Below, in pieces: positions 9,186 through 20,929 of a DNA stretch of 64,000 nucleotides (its first letter is position 1; every line of letters begins with the position of its first letter). The notes beneath the pieces were generated by a model. The model saw only the letters and a program-made list of their open reading frames with translations. It was not told where the DNA came from and did not search any database. A program made the translations under genes and the position numbers. Location: contig JAEHCQ010000003.1 of NCBI GenBank assembly GCA_020696385.1, positions 33,889-97,888 on the forward strand, written 5' to 3'. The DNA comes from Methanobacteriota archaeon (lineage in GTDB: Archaea; Thermoplasmatota; Thermoplasmata; SG8-5; JAGLSY01).

Positions 9186-9986
9186 ATGTCAAGATTCGGT
9201 TTATATATCAAAACTAGCCTAATTCATTTTATGTGTATGGTCGGCCCAAACTTGATAACTTTGCTCGGAGTCTTGATATTATCTGCGATGATATATGGAC
9301 TTCTAAAGATCCATATGGACGAGATCTTTGCAGGACTACTGGCCACAGGATTTTTATCATTGGGAATCATGGTAAATCTGTATGGAGTGCCATACGGAAT
9401 GCCCAATCTTGACCTTATCAAGGTCGGAGCCGCGATAGGAATCATCGCGACAATCGCCTATTATCTTTACGAGAGAGATAAAGTGTATCCAGATAAGAGA
9501 ATATACAAGGCATGGGGATTTGTTGTATTCATCTCGATATTGATAGTGATAGGAGGGCTTTTCACCACGACCGATAGATACCATGACCATTACTATGGCT
9601 CATTGTCGCCAGCCGGTACTTGGAATGAGATGGGAGCATCTTCCTCAACTGAAGGATATGCACAGTTTGGTACATTTTCTTTTGATGTAAAACCATTGGA
9701 TTTTAAAATATTTGCCATAGCAAATGGCTCGGACATTGGAGTATTGGAATTCACGACAAATACAGGCACAGCACCCCAGGACATGACCTGGCATAATGGA
9801 CCAGAAGGGGCTGAAGCTACCTATTTCGACTATAATCCAGCCGGAGGTGAGATCAACCAGGGCGATTACATTAATTTGACTGGCCTGAGTCCAGATACTG
9901 CCTATGAATTTGAAGTATTCCACACCAAAACAAATACCGTGGTTCCAATGACAGGAGTAGATGGTAATTTCACAACAGAACCGTGA
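9186..9986 (+). CDS. membrane protein with C-terminal fibronectin-III-like beta domain
   Basis: N-terminal multi-TM region, then an extracellular segment ending ...INLTGLSPDTAYEFEVFHTKTNTV (FN3-like motif). It carries several N-x-S/T sequons. Confidence 0.5.
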   Translation: MSRFGLYIKTSLIHFMCMVGPNLITLLGVLILSAMIYGLLKIHMDEIFAGLLATGFLSLGIMVNLYGVPYGMPNLDLIKVGAAIGIIATIAYYLYERDKVYPDKRIYKAWGFVVFISILIVIGGLFTTTDRYHDHYYGSLSPAGTWNEMGASSSTEGYAQFGTFSFDVKPLDFKIFAIANGSDIGVLEFTTNTGTAPQDMTWHNGPEGAEATYFDYNPAGGEINQGDYINLTGLSPDTAYEFEVFHTKTNTVVPMTGVDGNFTTEP

Positions 9987-10032
9987 AGGTCCCCAATCAC
10001 ATTCATATACACCAATCCCCATATTCCCTTCA

Positions 10033-10404
10033 ATGTCCAAGGGGAAGAGATCGGGTAATAAAGAGAGACAAAAAGAGGAGACCAGAAGATCCTATCTGCT
10101 GTTCGTGTATTATCTGATATTGCTATTCATCGGCATACTGGTGATGTACATCGTCAATGTGATATTCGGAGAGATATCATACGCGGTTCTGACCTTCGCT
10201 TTCTTCGCAATTTTCATGGTATGGCTCATCATCAAGACCTCGAGAAACAATACCAAAGTGCTTCGATCATACGATTACATGCACTCGGTCAATAAGATGC
10301 AGCCCAGGAAGATCAAGAACACGCGGTGGAAATCATCCCTGAAGCATCAGGAGAAGGCCCGTAAGACCAAGTACAAGGCCTATGATAAGAAGCGATACAA
10401 ATGA
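10033..10404 (+). CDS. hypothetical 2-TM membrane protein with lysine/arginine-rich C-terminal tail
   Basis: MSKGKRSGNKERQKEETRR is followed by two hydrophobic helices and a basic tail (KIKNTRWKSSLKHQEKARKTKYKAYDKKRYK). The start is moved to the internal ATG because the 9961 start overlaps the upstream gene. Confidence 0.4.
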   Translation: MSKGKRSGNKERQKEETRRSYLLFVYYLILLFIGILVMYIVNVIFGEISYAVLTFAFFAIFMVWLIIKTSRNNTKVLRSYDYMHSVNKMQPRKIKNTRWKSSLKHQEKARKTKYKAYDKKRYK

Positions 10405-10673
10405 TTATTTTTTTATTTGATATTTGTTATAATTATTGGGGCAAAATACCACGCGATCTTCAGATTTCGACCTCATCTCATTAATTCCTGAAAGTGCCCA
10501 CTTATTGGTCACTTTTGCTCATTTTAGTTATGAACTTTGACCACTCTATATAGAAATAGACTTCATGAGGGCTCCCCAAACTCGGCTTTGGGATATGAGC
10601 CCTTATTGAATCCAACCCAAGCAAATACTGCGGTATTGTAGCTTGGGGATGATTCAACAAAAGAGGTCGGGAT

Positions 10674-10997
10674 GTGAAAAAAATGACAATGAGAAGTATA
10701 AGGAAAAAGAGGGCAAGTACGATGAAAGACAGCTTCAACGGAACATTACTGGTTGCCGTATTCGTGACAGCCTCCCTATTGTTCATGGGAGTAGGATCAT
10801 TGGCAGCAAGCCAAGATCGCGAGGTAACAGACACGGCCAGAGCACCACCAACAGGATATTACACAATAACCGGGGCCGATGGAATACCTGTTCACACTAC
10901 ACAGATAGACACAACAAGCCAGGCACCACCAGTAAAGGAGATCACAACAAGCCAGGGCGGATTGTCAGGATTCGCAAGCGGTGTCAGCCACGTTTAA
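10674..10997 (+). CDS. hypothetical small secreted protein (Thr/Gln-rich)
   Basis: SD aagaggtcggg precedes GTG 10674, with ATG 10683 as an alternative. It has a signal-peptide-like h-region (TLLVAVFVTASLLFMGVGSLAASQD) and a low-complexity T-rich mature part. Confidence 0.35.
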   Translation: MKKMTMRSIRKKRASTMKDSFNGTLLVAVFVTASLLFMGVGSLAASQDREVTDTARAPPTGYYTITGADGIPVHTTQIDTTSQAPPVKEITTSQGGLSGFASGVSHV

Positions 10998-11072
10998 GGC
11001 TGATACCGTTCCATTTTATTTTATTCATACTGAACCAAAATCCTATTAAGTTGGTTCGTGGTTGTACATAAT

Positions 11073-11693
11073 ATGGCAAATAAAGTGAAGGATAAGCTTG
11101 AGCCCATTGTCTGGGCTAGTGCCGGATTGCTGGTGATAGGAATGATCCTGGCCTGGTACAATCTGATAATGTTCGATATCGGACCTTTCAATGTCTGGCT
11201 TGACAATGACATATACAGATACCTGGCATTTATCCCCGCCTTTATGAGCATACTGCCCTGGTCGAACGCGGTCTTCAATAAACAGCCGATCTGCCTGAGG
11301 AACTCGGGCATATTTCTGTGCATGACACTTATACTTCCAAGCATGATTCTGGGAATTATCGCGATAGTAATCGTCTACGGAAGGGGAATAGCTGGCTCTA
11401 CCGGTGAAGGGGATGGAAAGCCCGCCCTGGAATTCTCACTGTCCAGGACATGCGAAGGTGATGCTTTCGACACCTTTCCAAGATCCACAACACGGATAGA
11501 CATCGAGAAAACTCTGGCCATTCTAAAGGCCAGAGATTATACCGAACTCTCTAACACAGGTAATATGTGTGAAGTGGAGAAGGATGGCATGGAGATCACG
11601 ATATTCTCCAGTGGCAGATTACTTGTTGGATCTGCAGACTTTGATATTGCTAGCAAGACAGCAGCGATGATCTATGAGATGATCGTCGAATAA
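11073..11693 (+). CDS. hypothetical 4-TM membrane protein with soluble C-terminal domain
   Basis: Hydrophobic helices, then a ~90-aa C-terminal domain (…MEITIFSSGRLLVGSADFDIASKTAAMIYEMIVE). No family recognised. Confidence 0.45.
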   Translation: MANKVKDKLEPIVWASAGLLVIGMILAWYNLIMFDIGPFNVWLDNDIYRYLAFIPAFMSILPWSNAVFNKQPICLRNSGIFLCMTLILPSMILGIIAIVIVYGRGIAGSTGEGDGKPALEFSLSRTCEGDAFDTFPRSTTRIDIEKTLAILKARDYTELSNTGNMCEVEKDGMEITIFSSGRLLVGSADFDIASKTAAMIYEMIVE

Positions 11694-11829
11694 TGGGTTG
11701 ATCGAAACCACACACTATACCCCTAGATTCCCTGGTACCAACAAGATTTTTCACACCATTGGTAAAAACCTCTAAATACTCTTTTGCATTACAGTCTCAT
11801 GCCCTTGTTCAAGGGGAGGATGCGATATA

Positions 11830-12456
11830 TTGGCTCTTTCATGGCTCATTCCGCAGGAGAAGAAATTTTTCGACATGATCATTGAGCAGAGTGCTAATGT
11901 CAAAGGCGGTGTCAAGTACCTGAATACAATGATGACCGATTTCACCGATCTAGAGCAAAAAGCGCATAATCTGAAGAAGATCGAGAGAAAAGGGGACCGC
12001 ATGGTGCATGATATACATGAGGAATTGAACAAGACATTCATCACCCCCATTGACCGGGAGGACATCGTAGAGCTCACATCATCGCTGGATGACATACTGG
12101 ACCATGCCGATAATGTGGCAGATAATATCGTGCTGTTCAAGATCGAAGAACCCACGAAGGCGATGATAGATCTGGTGTGCAATTTCAACAGAGCGGTGGA
12201 AGAGGTGGACACGGCAATTAACCACCTAAAGGACATGAAGAAGCCGAAGGATACAAAACACTGCTGTCGCGAGATAAGTAATTTCGAGCGTGAGGGCGAT
12301 ACGATCTACAGGAAGGCCATAGCCGAATTATTTCAAACCGAGGATGCCATTGAAATTATCAAGCTCAAGGAGCTATACACTAATATAGAATTAGCAGTAA
12401 ACAGGTGTGAGGATGTAGCCGATGTTTTGAACGGCATCCTGATCAAATACGCCTGA
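11830..12456 (+). CDS. DUF47-family protein (PhoU-like Pit accessory protein)
   Basis: N-terminus LIPQEKKFFDMIIEQSANV resembles the DUF47 start (L.PrEdkFFdlfee.a). Strong SD aaggggagga lies 9 nt before TTG 11830. It is immediately upstream of pitA, the usual DUF47-Pit pairing. Confidence 0.75.
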   Translation: MALSWLIPQEKKFFDMIIEQSANVKGGVKYLNTMMTDFTDLEQKAHNLKKIERKGDRMVHDIHEELNKTFITPIDREDIVELTSSLDDILDHADNVADNIVLFKIEEPTKAMIDLVCNFNRAVEEVDTAINHLKDMKKPKDTKHCCREISNFEREGDTIYRKAIAELFQTEDAIEIIKLKELYTNIELAVNRCEDVADVLNGILIKYA

Positions 12457-12469
12457 CCGGAGATATATT

Positions 12470-13507
12470 ATGGCTATTGAGCAGTTTATGTTTCTGGGCT
12501 CAACGGTCATTATCCTTGCCCTGATATTTGACTTCACAAATGGTTTTCATGATTCAGCGAATGCAATCGCCACGGTGGTCTCCACCAAGGTTTTGTCTCC
12601 CGGAAAGGCTGTGGCCATGGCCGCTTTCTTCAACTTCATCGCAGCTTTTGCTGGGAGCACGGCCGTGGCATCCACGATGACCAAGATCCTTCACCTGGAG
12701 AATTTCGGTTACGAGCAGGCCAAGATCGTTCTCATCGTAATGTTTGCCGGCGTGCTGGGGGCTGTGATCTGGAATCTCTTTACATGGATATTAGGACTGC
12801 CGACATCATCTTCCCACGCCCTCATCGGAGGTGTGATAGGTGCTGGAATTGTCTCGGCCGGATTGGGTGCCGTGCAATGGACAACACTATGGACCGTTAT
12901 CATATTCATGGTCGTATCACCACTTATCGGTATGCTCTTTGGTTTCCTGTTGATGACTGCTGTTCTATGGATAGTTCGCAAGAAAACACCACGTTCAGTA
13001 GACGGCTACTTCAAGAAACTCCAGCTTTTCAGCGCAGCTCTTTTCAGCTTCAGCCACGGTCTCAATGACGCCCAGAAGACCATGGGGATAATCGCAACGG
13101 CTCTATGGTGCATGGGCTGGTACGGCGCGACCGCGGACGTCAAGCACCTGGACATCAATCTCTGGATAGTCCTTTCAGCCCACTCGGCCATCGCGCTGGG
13201 CACAATGATGGGGGGCTGGCGGATAGTCAAGACCATGGGCAGTAAGATAACGAAGCTCGACCCGATACATGGTTTTAGCGCGGAGACCGCGGGTGCTGGG
13301 GCTGTCATCGGAACTTCACTTTTAGGCATCCCTATCAGCACGACACATGTGATTTCTTCATCCATTATTGGAGTTGGCGCGACCAGACGATTGAGCGCCG
13401 TGCGTTGGGGGGTTGCAAGGCGCATTGTGTGGGCGTGGATATTCACGATCCCGAGTGGAGCAGTGGTCGGGGCGTTTATCTATTATATCGCGGCCGCGGT
13501 GCTTTGA
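12470..13507 (+). CDS. pitA: inorganic phosphate transporter, PiT family
   Basis: Classic PiT signature GFHDSANAIAT near the N-terminus and a second ...GLNDAQKTMGII repeat. Multi-TM. SD ggag. Confidence 0.9.
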   Translation: MAIEQFMFLGSTVIILALIFDFTNGFHDSANAIATVVSTKVLSPGKAVAMAAFFNFIAAFAGSTAVASTMTKILHLENFGYEQAKIVLIVMFAGVLGAVIWNLFTWILGLPTSSSHALIGGVIGAGIVSAGLGAVQWTTLWTVIIFMVVSPLIGMLFGFLLMTAVLWIVRKKTPRSVDGYFKKLQLFSAALFSFSHGLNDAQKTMGIIATALWCMGWYGATADVKHLDINLWIVLSAHSAIALGTMMGGWRIVKTMGSKITKLDPIHGFSAETAGAGAVIGTSLLGIPISTTHVISSSIIGVGATRRLSAVRWGVARRIVWAWIFTIPSGAVVGAFIYYIAAAVL

Positions 13508-13730
13508 TATTGTTTTATTTACATCCACAATATTTTTATTTATAATTGTTTATAATTATTAAATTAAAAACCATCTATTCCATAGTTTCATCTTTCACAC
13601 CCTAGAGTTATAGATGAAATAGAGGGTTCTGTGGTGTTATTATTTTGGAAGGTGATTCATGCTCCATAGCCCCGTTCCCCAACCACAACCCTTATCTGCC
13701 TTCCCTCAATTAACCAATTGGAGATAGAAA

Positions 13731-14492
13731 ATGTTCTCAAAAGCGATGGTCAAGATCCCATGCAAAAACATGGTGAATGGGATTACCACAGCTGGACTTG
13801 GCAAGCCAAATTATGATCTTGCCATAAAGCAACATTCACATTATGTCCAAGCACTGAAAGATATAGGGCTTGAGGTAACTGTTCTCAAGGCAGACGAAAA
13901 TTATCCAGACTCGACATTTATCGAAGATACCTGTTTAATGACACCAAAATGTGCGATCATCACAAATCCCGGTTCCCATTTAAGAAGAAATGAGATCTGT
14001 GCAGTTGATGAAGCCGTAAAGGACCTGGGTCTGAATATTGAGTATATCAAAGACCCTGGGACTCTTGATGCAGGGGACATCATGATGGTAGGCGATCATT
14101 ATTTTGTAGGGCTGTCAGAAAGAACGAACATTGAAGGTGCCAGGCAGTTGAATACCATATTGGAGAATTATGGTATGAGCTCATCGACAATCGAGCTTGA
14201 GAATGTACTCCACCTGAAAACTGGAATATCATATCTTGAAAATAACAATTTGCTTGCTGCAGGTGAGTTTTTGACAAAACAAGAGCTCCAGACATTCAAT
14301 ATTTTAAAAGTGGATGTAGATGAAGGTTATGCTGCCAATTCGGTCTGGATCAATGACCATGTTCTTGTACCAGCTGGATTTCCAAAAACAAAGAATATGA
14401 TCGAAGATGCAGGCTATAAGGTCATTGAATTAGATGTTTCTGAATTTAGAAAGCTGGATGGTGGCTTGAGCTGTCTGTCATTGAGATTTTGA
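13731..14492 (+). CDS. amidinotransferase-superfamily protein, dimethylarginine dimethylaminohydrolase (DDAH)-like
   Basis: 253 aa ending in the catalytic-Cys motif DGGLSCLSLRF, with overall DDAH/arginine-deiminase-like organisation. SD ttggagatagaaaATG. Confidence 0.7.
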   Translation: MFSKAMVKIPCKNMVNGITTAGLGKPNYDLAIKQHSHYVQALKDIGLEVTVLKADENYPDSTFIEDTCLMTPKCAIITNPGSHLRRNEICAVDEAVKDLGLNIEYIKDPGTLDAGDIMMVGDHYFVGLSERTNIEGARQLNTILENYGMSSSTIELENVLHLKTGISYLENNNLLAAGEFLTKQELQTFNILKVDVDEGYAANSVWINDHVLVPAGFPKTKNMIEDAGYKVIELDVSEFRKLDGGLSCLSLRF

Positions 14493-14620
14493 TTAGTGTT
14501 CACACGCCATACCCCCACATAGAGTGAGGAATTACCATATACAACCGATCTTCCACCTGAAAACTAGATTTTACTGATATTATAAGATTCTAAACACGCG
14601 AATTGAATTGCTGGGGTCAT

Positions 14621-14668
14621 GCCCCGTCTGAAGCGATGCCGAAGGCGAGCGAGAGGGCGGGGTTTCAC
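14621..14668 (+). terminator. hairpin + T-tract, putative terminator of the DDAH-like gene
   Basis: gccccgtctg...(loop)...agagggcgggg forms an 8-bp G:U-containing stem, then gtttcacc. The same GCCCCGUCUG/AGGGCGGGG design recurs downstream of glnA at 30795. Confidence 0.45.
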
Positions 14669-14704
14669 CAATTGGACAGGTGACAATACCAACGTGCTCT
14701 CTAT

Positions 14705-14731
14705 TTGAAAACCTCGCCTGTGAGGGCGGGG
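14705..14731 (-). terminator. putative terminator of the 23S rRNA transcript (minus strand)
   Basis: Minus-strand RNA CCCCGCCCU-CACA-GGCGAGG is followed by UUUUC. It sits ~150 nt beyond the 23S 3' processing stem. Confidence 0.4.
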
Positions 14732-14824
14732 ATGTTCAAACTTATGATTTTTAATCGGCAGCTACGCTGCATGATTAAAAATATAAAATGGACCCCTCGG
14801 CCGAAGCCAAGGGGTGTGGGAAAT

Positions 14825-14839
14825 GCCATATACAACCTG
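14825..14839 (-). other. 3' half of 23S pre-rRNA processing stem
   Basis: 15/15 complementary to 17879-17893. This flanking helix is typical of archaeal rRNA, where the bulge-helix-bulge substrate for splicing endonuclease is expected. Confidence 0.7.
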
Positions 14840-14859
14840 TGTAACGGACAAGCCGAAAC

Positions 14860-17875
<3,016 letters not shown>

Positions 17876-17878
17876 GTC

Positions 17879-17893
17879 CAGGTTGTATATGGC
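17879..17893 (-). other. 5' half of 23S pre-rRNA processing stem
   Basis: See the partner at 14825-14839. Confidence 0.7.
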
Positions 17894-17989
17894 GTATGAA
17901 TGGTATCATCGATCAAAGAAGGCGTACCTTCCAAGGTTATACAATGTTCCTCTCTGATCTCGTCCCTTCCCCGATAATACAGCTTGTAT

Positions 17990-18085
17990 CGCCGGGTGCA
18001 CGGTTGCCCAGGCCAGTATATATATATTACATATATTGGTCTGAGTAGAAGCCCATGAAAGTAGGTCGAGTATAAAAAGGTAACC
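17990..18085 (-). promoter_or_regulatory. putative 23S rRNA promoter region (AT-rich, TATA-like boxes)
   Basis: The minus-strand reading contains cctttttatactcgac and atatatgtaatatatata 100-200 nt upstream of the processing stem. Resemblance to an archaeal BRE/TATA is inferred only. Confidence 0.3.
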
Positions 18086-18137
18086 CATGATACATGCGGA
18101 TTATTGAAGATATTTAAGTCATGCCAGATAATGTATC

Positions 18138-20774
18138 TCATTTCTGAAACTTTTTCATATTCGTCAGGTATTGCTCTTCCGATATCTTGCCTGAATCATA
18201 GGCTTTTTTCAGGCGTGCGATCTTATCATTATTACTGAGATTCTTGCTCTTTGACTGTTCTGCTAGCTTGGGCGTAGGCTTTGGTTTGGGTGTAGGAGAT
18301 CTCAAAGGCATCACCGGGGCTGCCGCCGGCGCAGGCGCAGGTGCTGGAGCCTCCAAAGGCGCCGATTCCTCCACTTCATTAGTGGCTGGCTGGCTCTTTC
18401 CTCCACCGCGCAGTAATAACAATAATACCAATATGCCGAGTATTATCGCCGCTATCAGGGCCCCATATGCCCATGAAGGAGTTACTGTCTCGATGTTACT
18501 GGCTGTTTCATTCGTTCCAGTGCCTGAAGTGAAAGAATCCTCATCCATGAAGTCAGCGATCCCATCTCCATCTGCATCTGCTGGCTCATCTGTATCGTCC
18601 AGTGGATCTGTTCCGGCCAGTATCTCTTCCGCGTCGCTCCATCCATCATTGTCATTATCCGTGTCTGTGGTGTCTGGTGTTCCATCGCCATCAGTATCGT
18701 TCTCCACCGGATCGATCACAACTGGCGCATCAGAGTCTGGTTTGATAAGTATAGTCAGGTTCACAATGTCTGTTCCCTGGTCATTGTCATCCACCGTCAC
18801 ATTGGCCCAGAAGGTTCCGCTTGCATCTGGAACTCCCCAAAGCAGGCCAGATGTTGAATTGATAGAAAGCCAGGTTGCATTGGTCTCCAATGTCCATTCA
18901 AGCACGTCCCCGTCAATGTCTGTGGCATCCATATCCAGAACATAGGCATCACCTACCATTCCGTCTGGAACCGTCGCATCGTGGATAAAGGGCGGATCCT
19001 GCACATTGTCAACTGTCAAAGTGAAATTGGAGATGTCAAAACCCCCCAGACCATCGGAAACGTTCACCTCTACAAAATAATCTCCAACATCATCATTGCC
19101 AGGTGTTCCCGACAGAATTCCTGTGGTATTGACCATGCTGAGCCAAGTTGCATTTGTGGCCAGGGTCCAGAGCAAGACATCATTGGTTGGATCAATGTCT
19201 GTGGCATCGTAATCCACTGAGTAAGTCATATCTTCAGGAGTCGAGGTTACATCGGCAGTTTCTATCACTGGATCATCATTGACATTATCCACTGCCAGGG
19301 TAAAATTAGTGAAGGTATCGGCATGGCCGCAGTAAAGGTCCAGTGAAATATTAACCCAGTAAGTGCCCGGATCATCATTTGTCGGGGTACCGGAAAGAAG
19401 GCCTGTGACATTATTGAAATTCAGCCAAGTTGCATTGGTTTCCCCTTGCCAAGTCATTGTGTTGGCGACGGGGTAGTTCAGGTAATCTCCACCCACTGTG
19501 TTATAGTTAACGCTATACAACTGGTCCTCCTGAGCAAGCAAAATATTTGCTGGGGTTATCATGGGTTCTTGGTGCAAGCCTTGAAGGTATGGCCTTGTCT
19601 CCCCTTCTTTCATCGCCCAGACACTGGTGAAATTCCAGTTCGCGAAGGTGGATTGGGTCAACATCTGGGGTGTGTTCTTCGGTATTCCATAGGAAGATGT
19701 GGAAACACCCGACGCTCCAGTATCCCAATAGCTGTCTGTCACAGTGCCTGGGATATCCGAAACAAACCCAGATGCATTTGCACCCGATGGTGTGCCTATG
19801 CTATAGCTTGTCCTTATGGTTCCAACATTGTATGAACAAAATCCACCAGCACGGTCACTACAGGTTACATTCCCTGTAGCATAGGAGTCCTCAACAGTAC
19901 CGTGATTACGGCCAACAAATCCACCGTTCCAGGAATAGCTACTGGGTATGTCACCAGTTGCATAGCATTGTTTGATCGTACCGCCATTATAGCCGATAAA
20001 GCCCCCAAGTTGCTCATCAGTTGCCTGCAGGTCGCCAACCGCGAATGAGTTCATAACCAGACCACTGGAAAGGTAACCTATGGCCCCACCGGCAGCATAC
20101 TGGTTGCACTGTACATTACCAAAGGCAGAGCAGCCATTCATGTCAAGGCCTATGCCATGGCCGACAAGACCACCAGAATTGGTATGGGTTGAGGAAGTTG
20201 ACACATTGGTGCTACAATTATCGATCGAGCCACCAGCCTGCCCAACCAAACCCCCTGTGTTCATTCCACCACTGACGTCTCCCTCAACATGACAATTGCT
20301 CAAGGAAGCATAACTCCTTCCAGCCAAACCCCCTGTGTTACCGCCACCGATAATGCTCACTTCTGAAAGAGTGATGTTCTTGATCGTGGCAGAAGCACTG
20401 GCCACCCCAAAGAAACCCTGAAAAGAATATACAGAGCGGTCTATTGTCAATCCGGTCACAGTGAATCCAGCGCCGTCGAACGTACCATTGAAAGTGCTTA
20501 ACCAATCGCCTATAGGATCCCAACCACCACTACCCCATGTTGAGGTGTCACTGGCATCAATATCATTTGCTAGTGTATAATTTGCAGAAACATTGTTCTT
20601 CATATTCTGGAGCTCGACCAAATTGGTTATGATATACGGATCAGCAACTGTCCCTGTTCCGGCAAAGGTCGATTCTTGGTTGTCCAGTATGCTCGATCCT
20701 GCGGGCATGATGATACTCAGGGAAACTGTGCTCAATAACAATGCTATTACTATGGATAATATCTTTTTATTCAT
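18138..20774 (-). CDS. large cell-surface protein: signal peptide, GLUG repeats, three He_PIG-type Ig-like domains, acidic Ca-binding-like repeats, C-terminal TM anchor, cytoplasmic Pro-rich linker + SHOCT-like motif
   Basis: 878 aa. Signal peptide MNKKILSIVIALLLSTVSLSII. Repeated GGLAG/GGLVG GLUG-type units. Three ~95-aa repeats containing TGLLSGTPTNDDPGTYWVNISL-type He_PIG motifs. An acidic stretch DTDGDGTPDTTDTDNDNDGWSDAEE. TM segment AYGALIAAIILGILVLLLLL. Tail ...PAPAPAPAAAP...KIARLKKAYDSGKISEEQYLTNMKKFQK. Dense N-x-S/T sequons. Confidence 0.8.
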   Translation of the reverse strand: MNKKILSIVIALLLSTVSLSIIMPAGSSILDNQESTFAGTGTVADPYIITNLVELQNMKNNVSANYTLANDIDASDTSTWGSGGWDPIGDWLSTFNGTFDGAGFTVTGLTIDRSVYSFQGFFGVASASATIKNITLSEVSIIGGGNTGGLAGRSYASLSNCHVEGDVSGGMNTGGLVGQAGGSIDNCSTNVSTSSTHTNSGGLVGHGIGLDMNGCSAFGNVQCNQYAAGGAIGYLSSGLVMNSFAVGDLQATDEQLGGFIGYNGGTIKQCYATGDIPSSYSWNGGFVGRNHGTVEDSYATGNVTCSDRAGGFCSYNVGTIRTSYSIGTPSGANASGFVSDIPGTVTDSYWDTGASGVSTSSYGIPKNTPQMLTQSTFANWNFTSVWAMKEGETRPYLQGLHQEPMITPANILLAQEDQLYSVNYNTVGGDYLNYPVANTMTWQGETNATWLNFNNVTGLLSGTPTNDDPGTYWVNISLDLYCGHADTFTNFTLAVDNVNDDPVIETADVTSTPEDMTYSVDYDATDIDPTNDVLLWTLATNATWLSMVNTTGILSGTPGNDDVGDYFVEVNVSDGLGGFDISNFTLTVDNVQDPPFIHDATVPDGMVGDAYVLDMDATDIDGDVLEWTLETNATWLSINSTSGLLWGVPDASGTFWANVTVDDNDQGTDIVNLTILIKPDSDAPVVIDPVENDTDGDGTPDTTDTDNDNDGWSDAEEILAGTDPLDDTDEPADADGDGIADFMDEDSFTSGTGTNETASNIETVTPSWAYGALIAAIILGILVLLLLLRGGGKSQPATNEVEESAPLEAPAPAPAPAAAPVMPLRSPTPKPKPTPKLAEQSKSKNLSNNDKIARLKKAYDSGKISEEQYLTNMKKFQK

Positions 20775-20929
20775 GAACTCACCGGTATTATTATGTATTG
20801 GTTATACCAGACATTTGATAAATATTTTTCATAACAATTGTTTTGTTCGTATCTTATGATATATCTAATATATATTGAGAATAAATATATGATATGATGT
20901 CTTATCTATTATAATAAAAGGTGAGGGAT

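Noticed and set aside
20921-20929. GTG 20921 / 57084 / 9150 extended starts from the ORF track
   Set aside because: In each case an SD sequence is correctly spaced for a downstream ATG (20930, 57057), or the extension lies inside a terminator hairpin (9150). The shorter ORFs are preferred.
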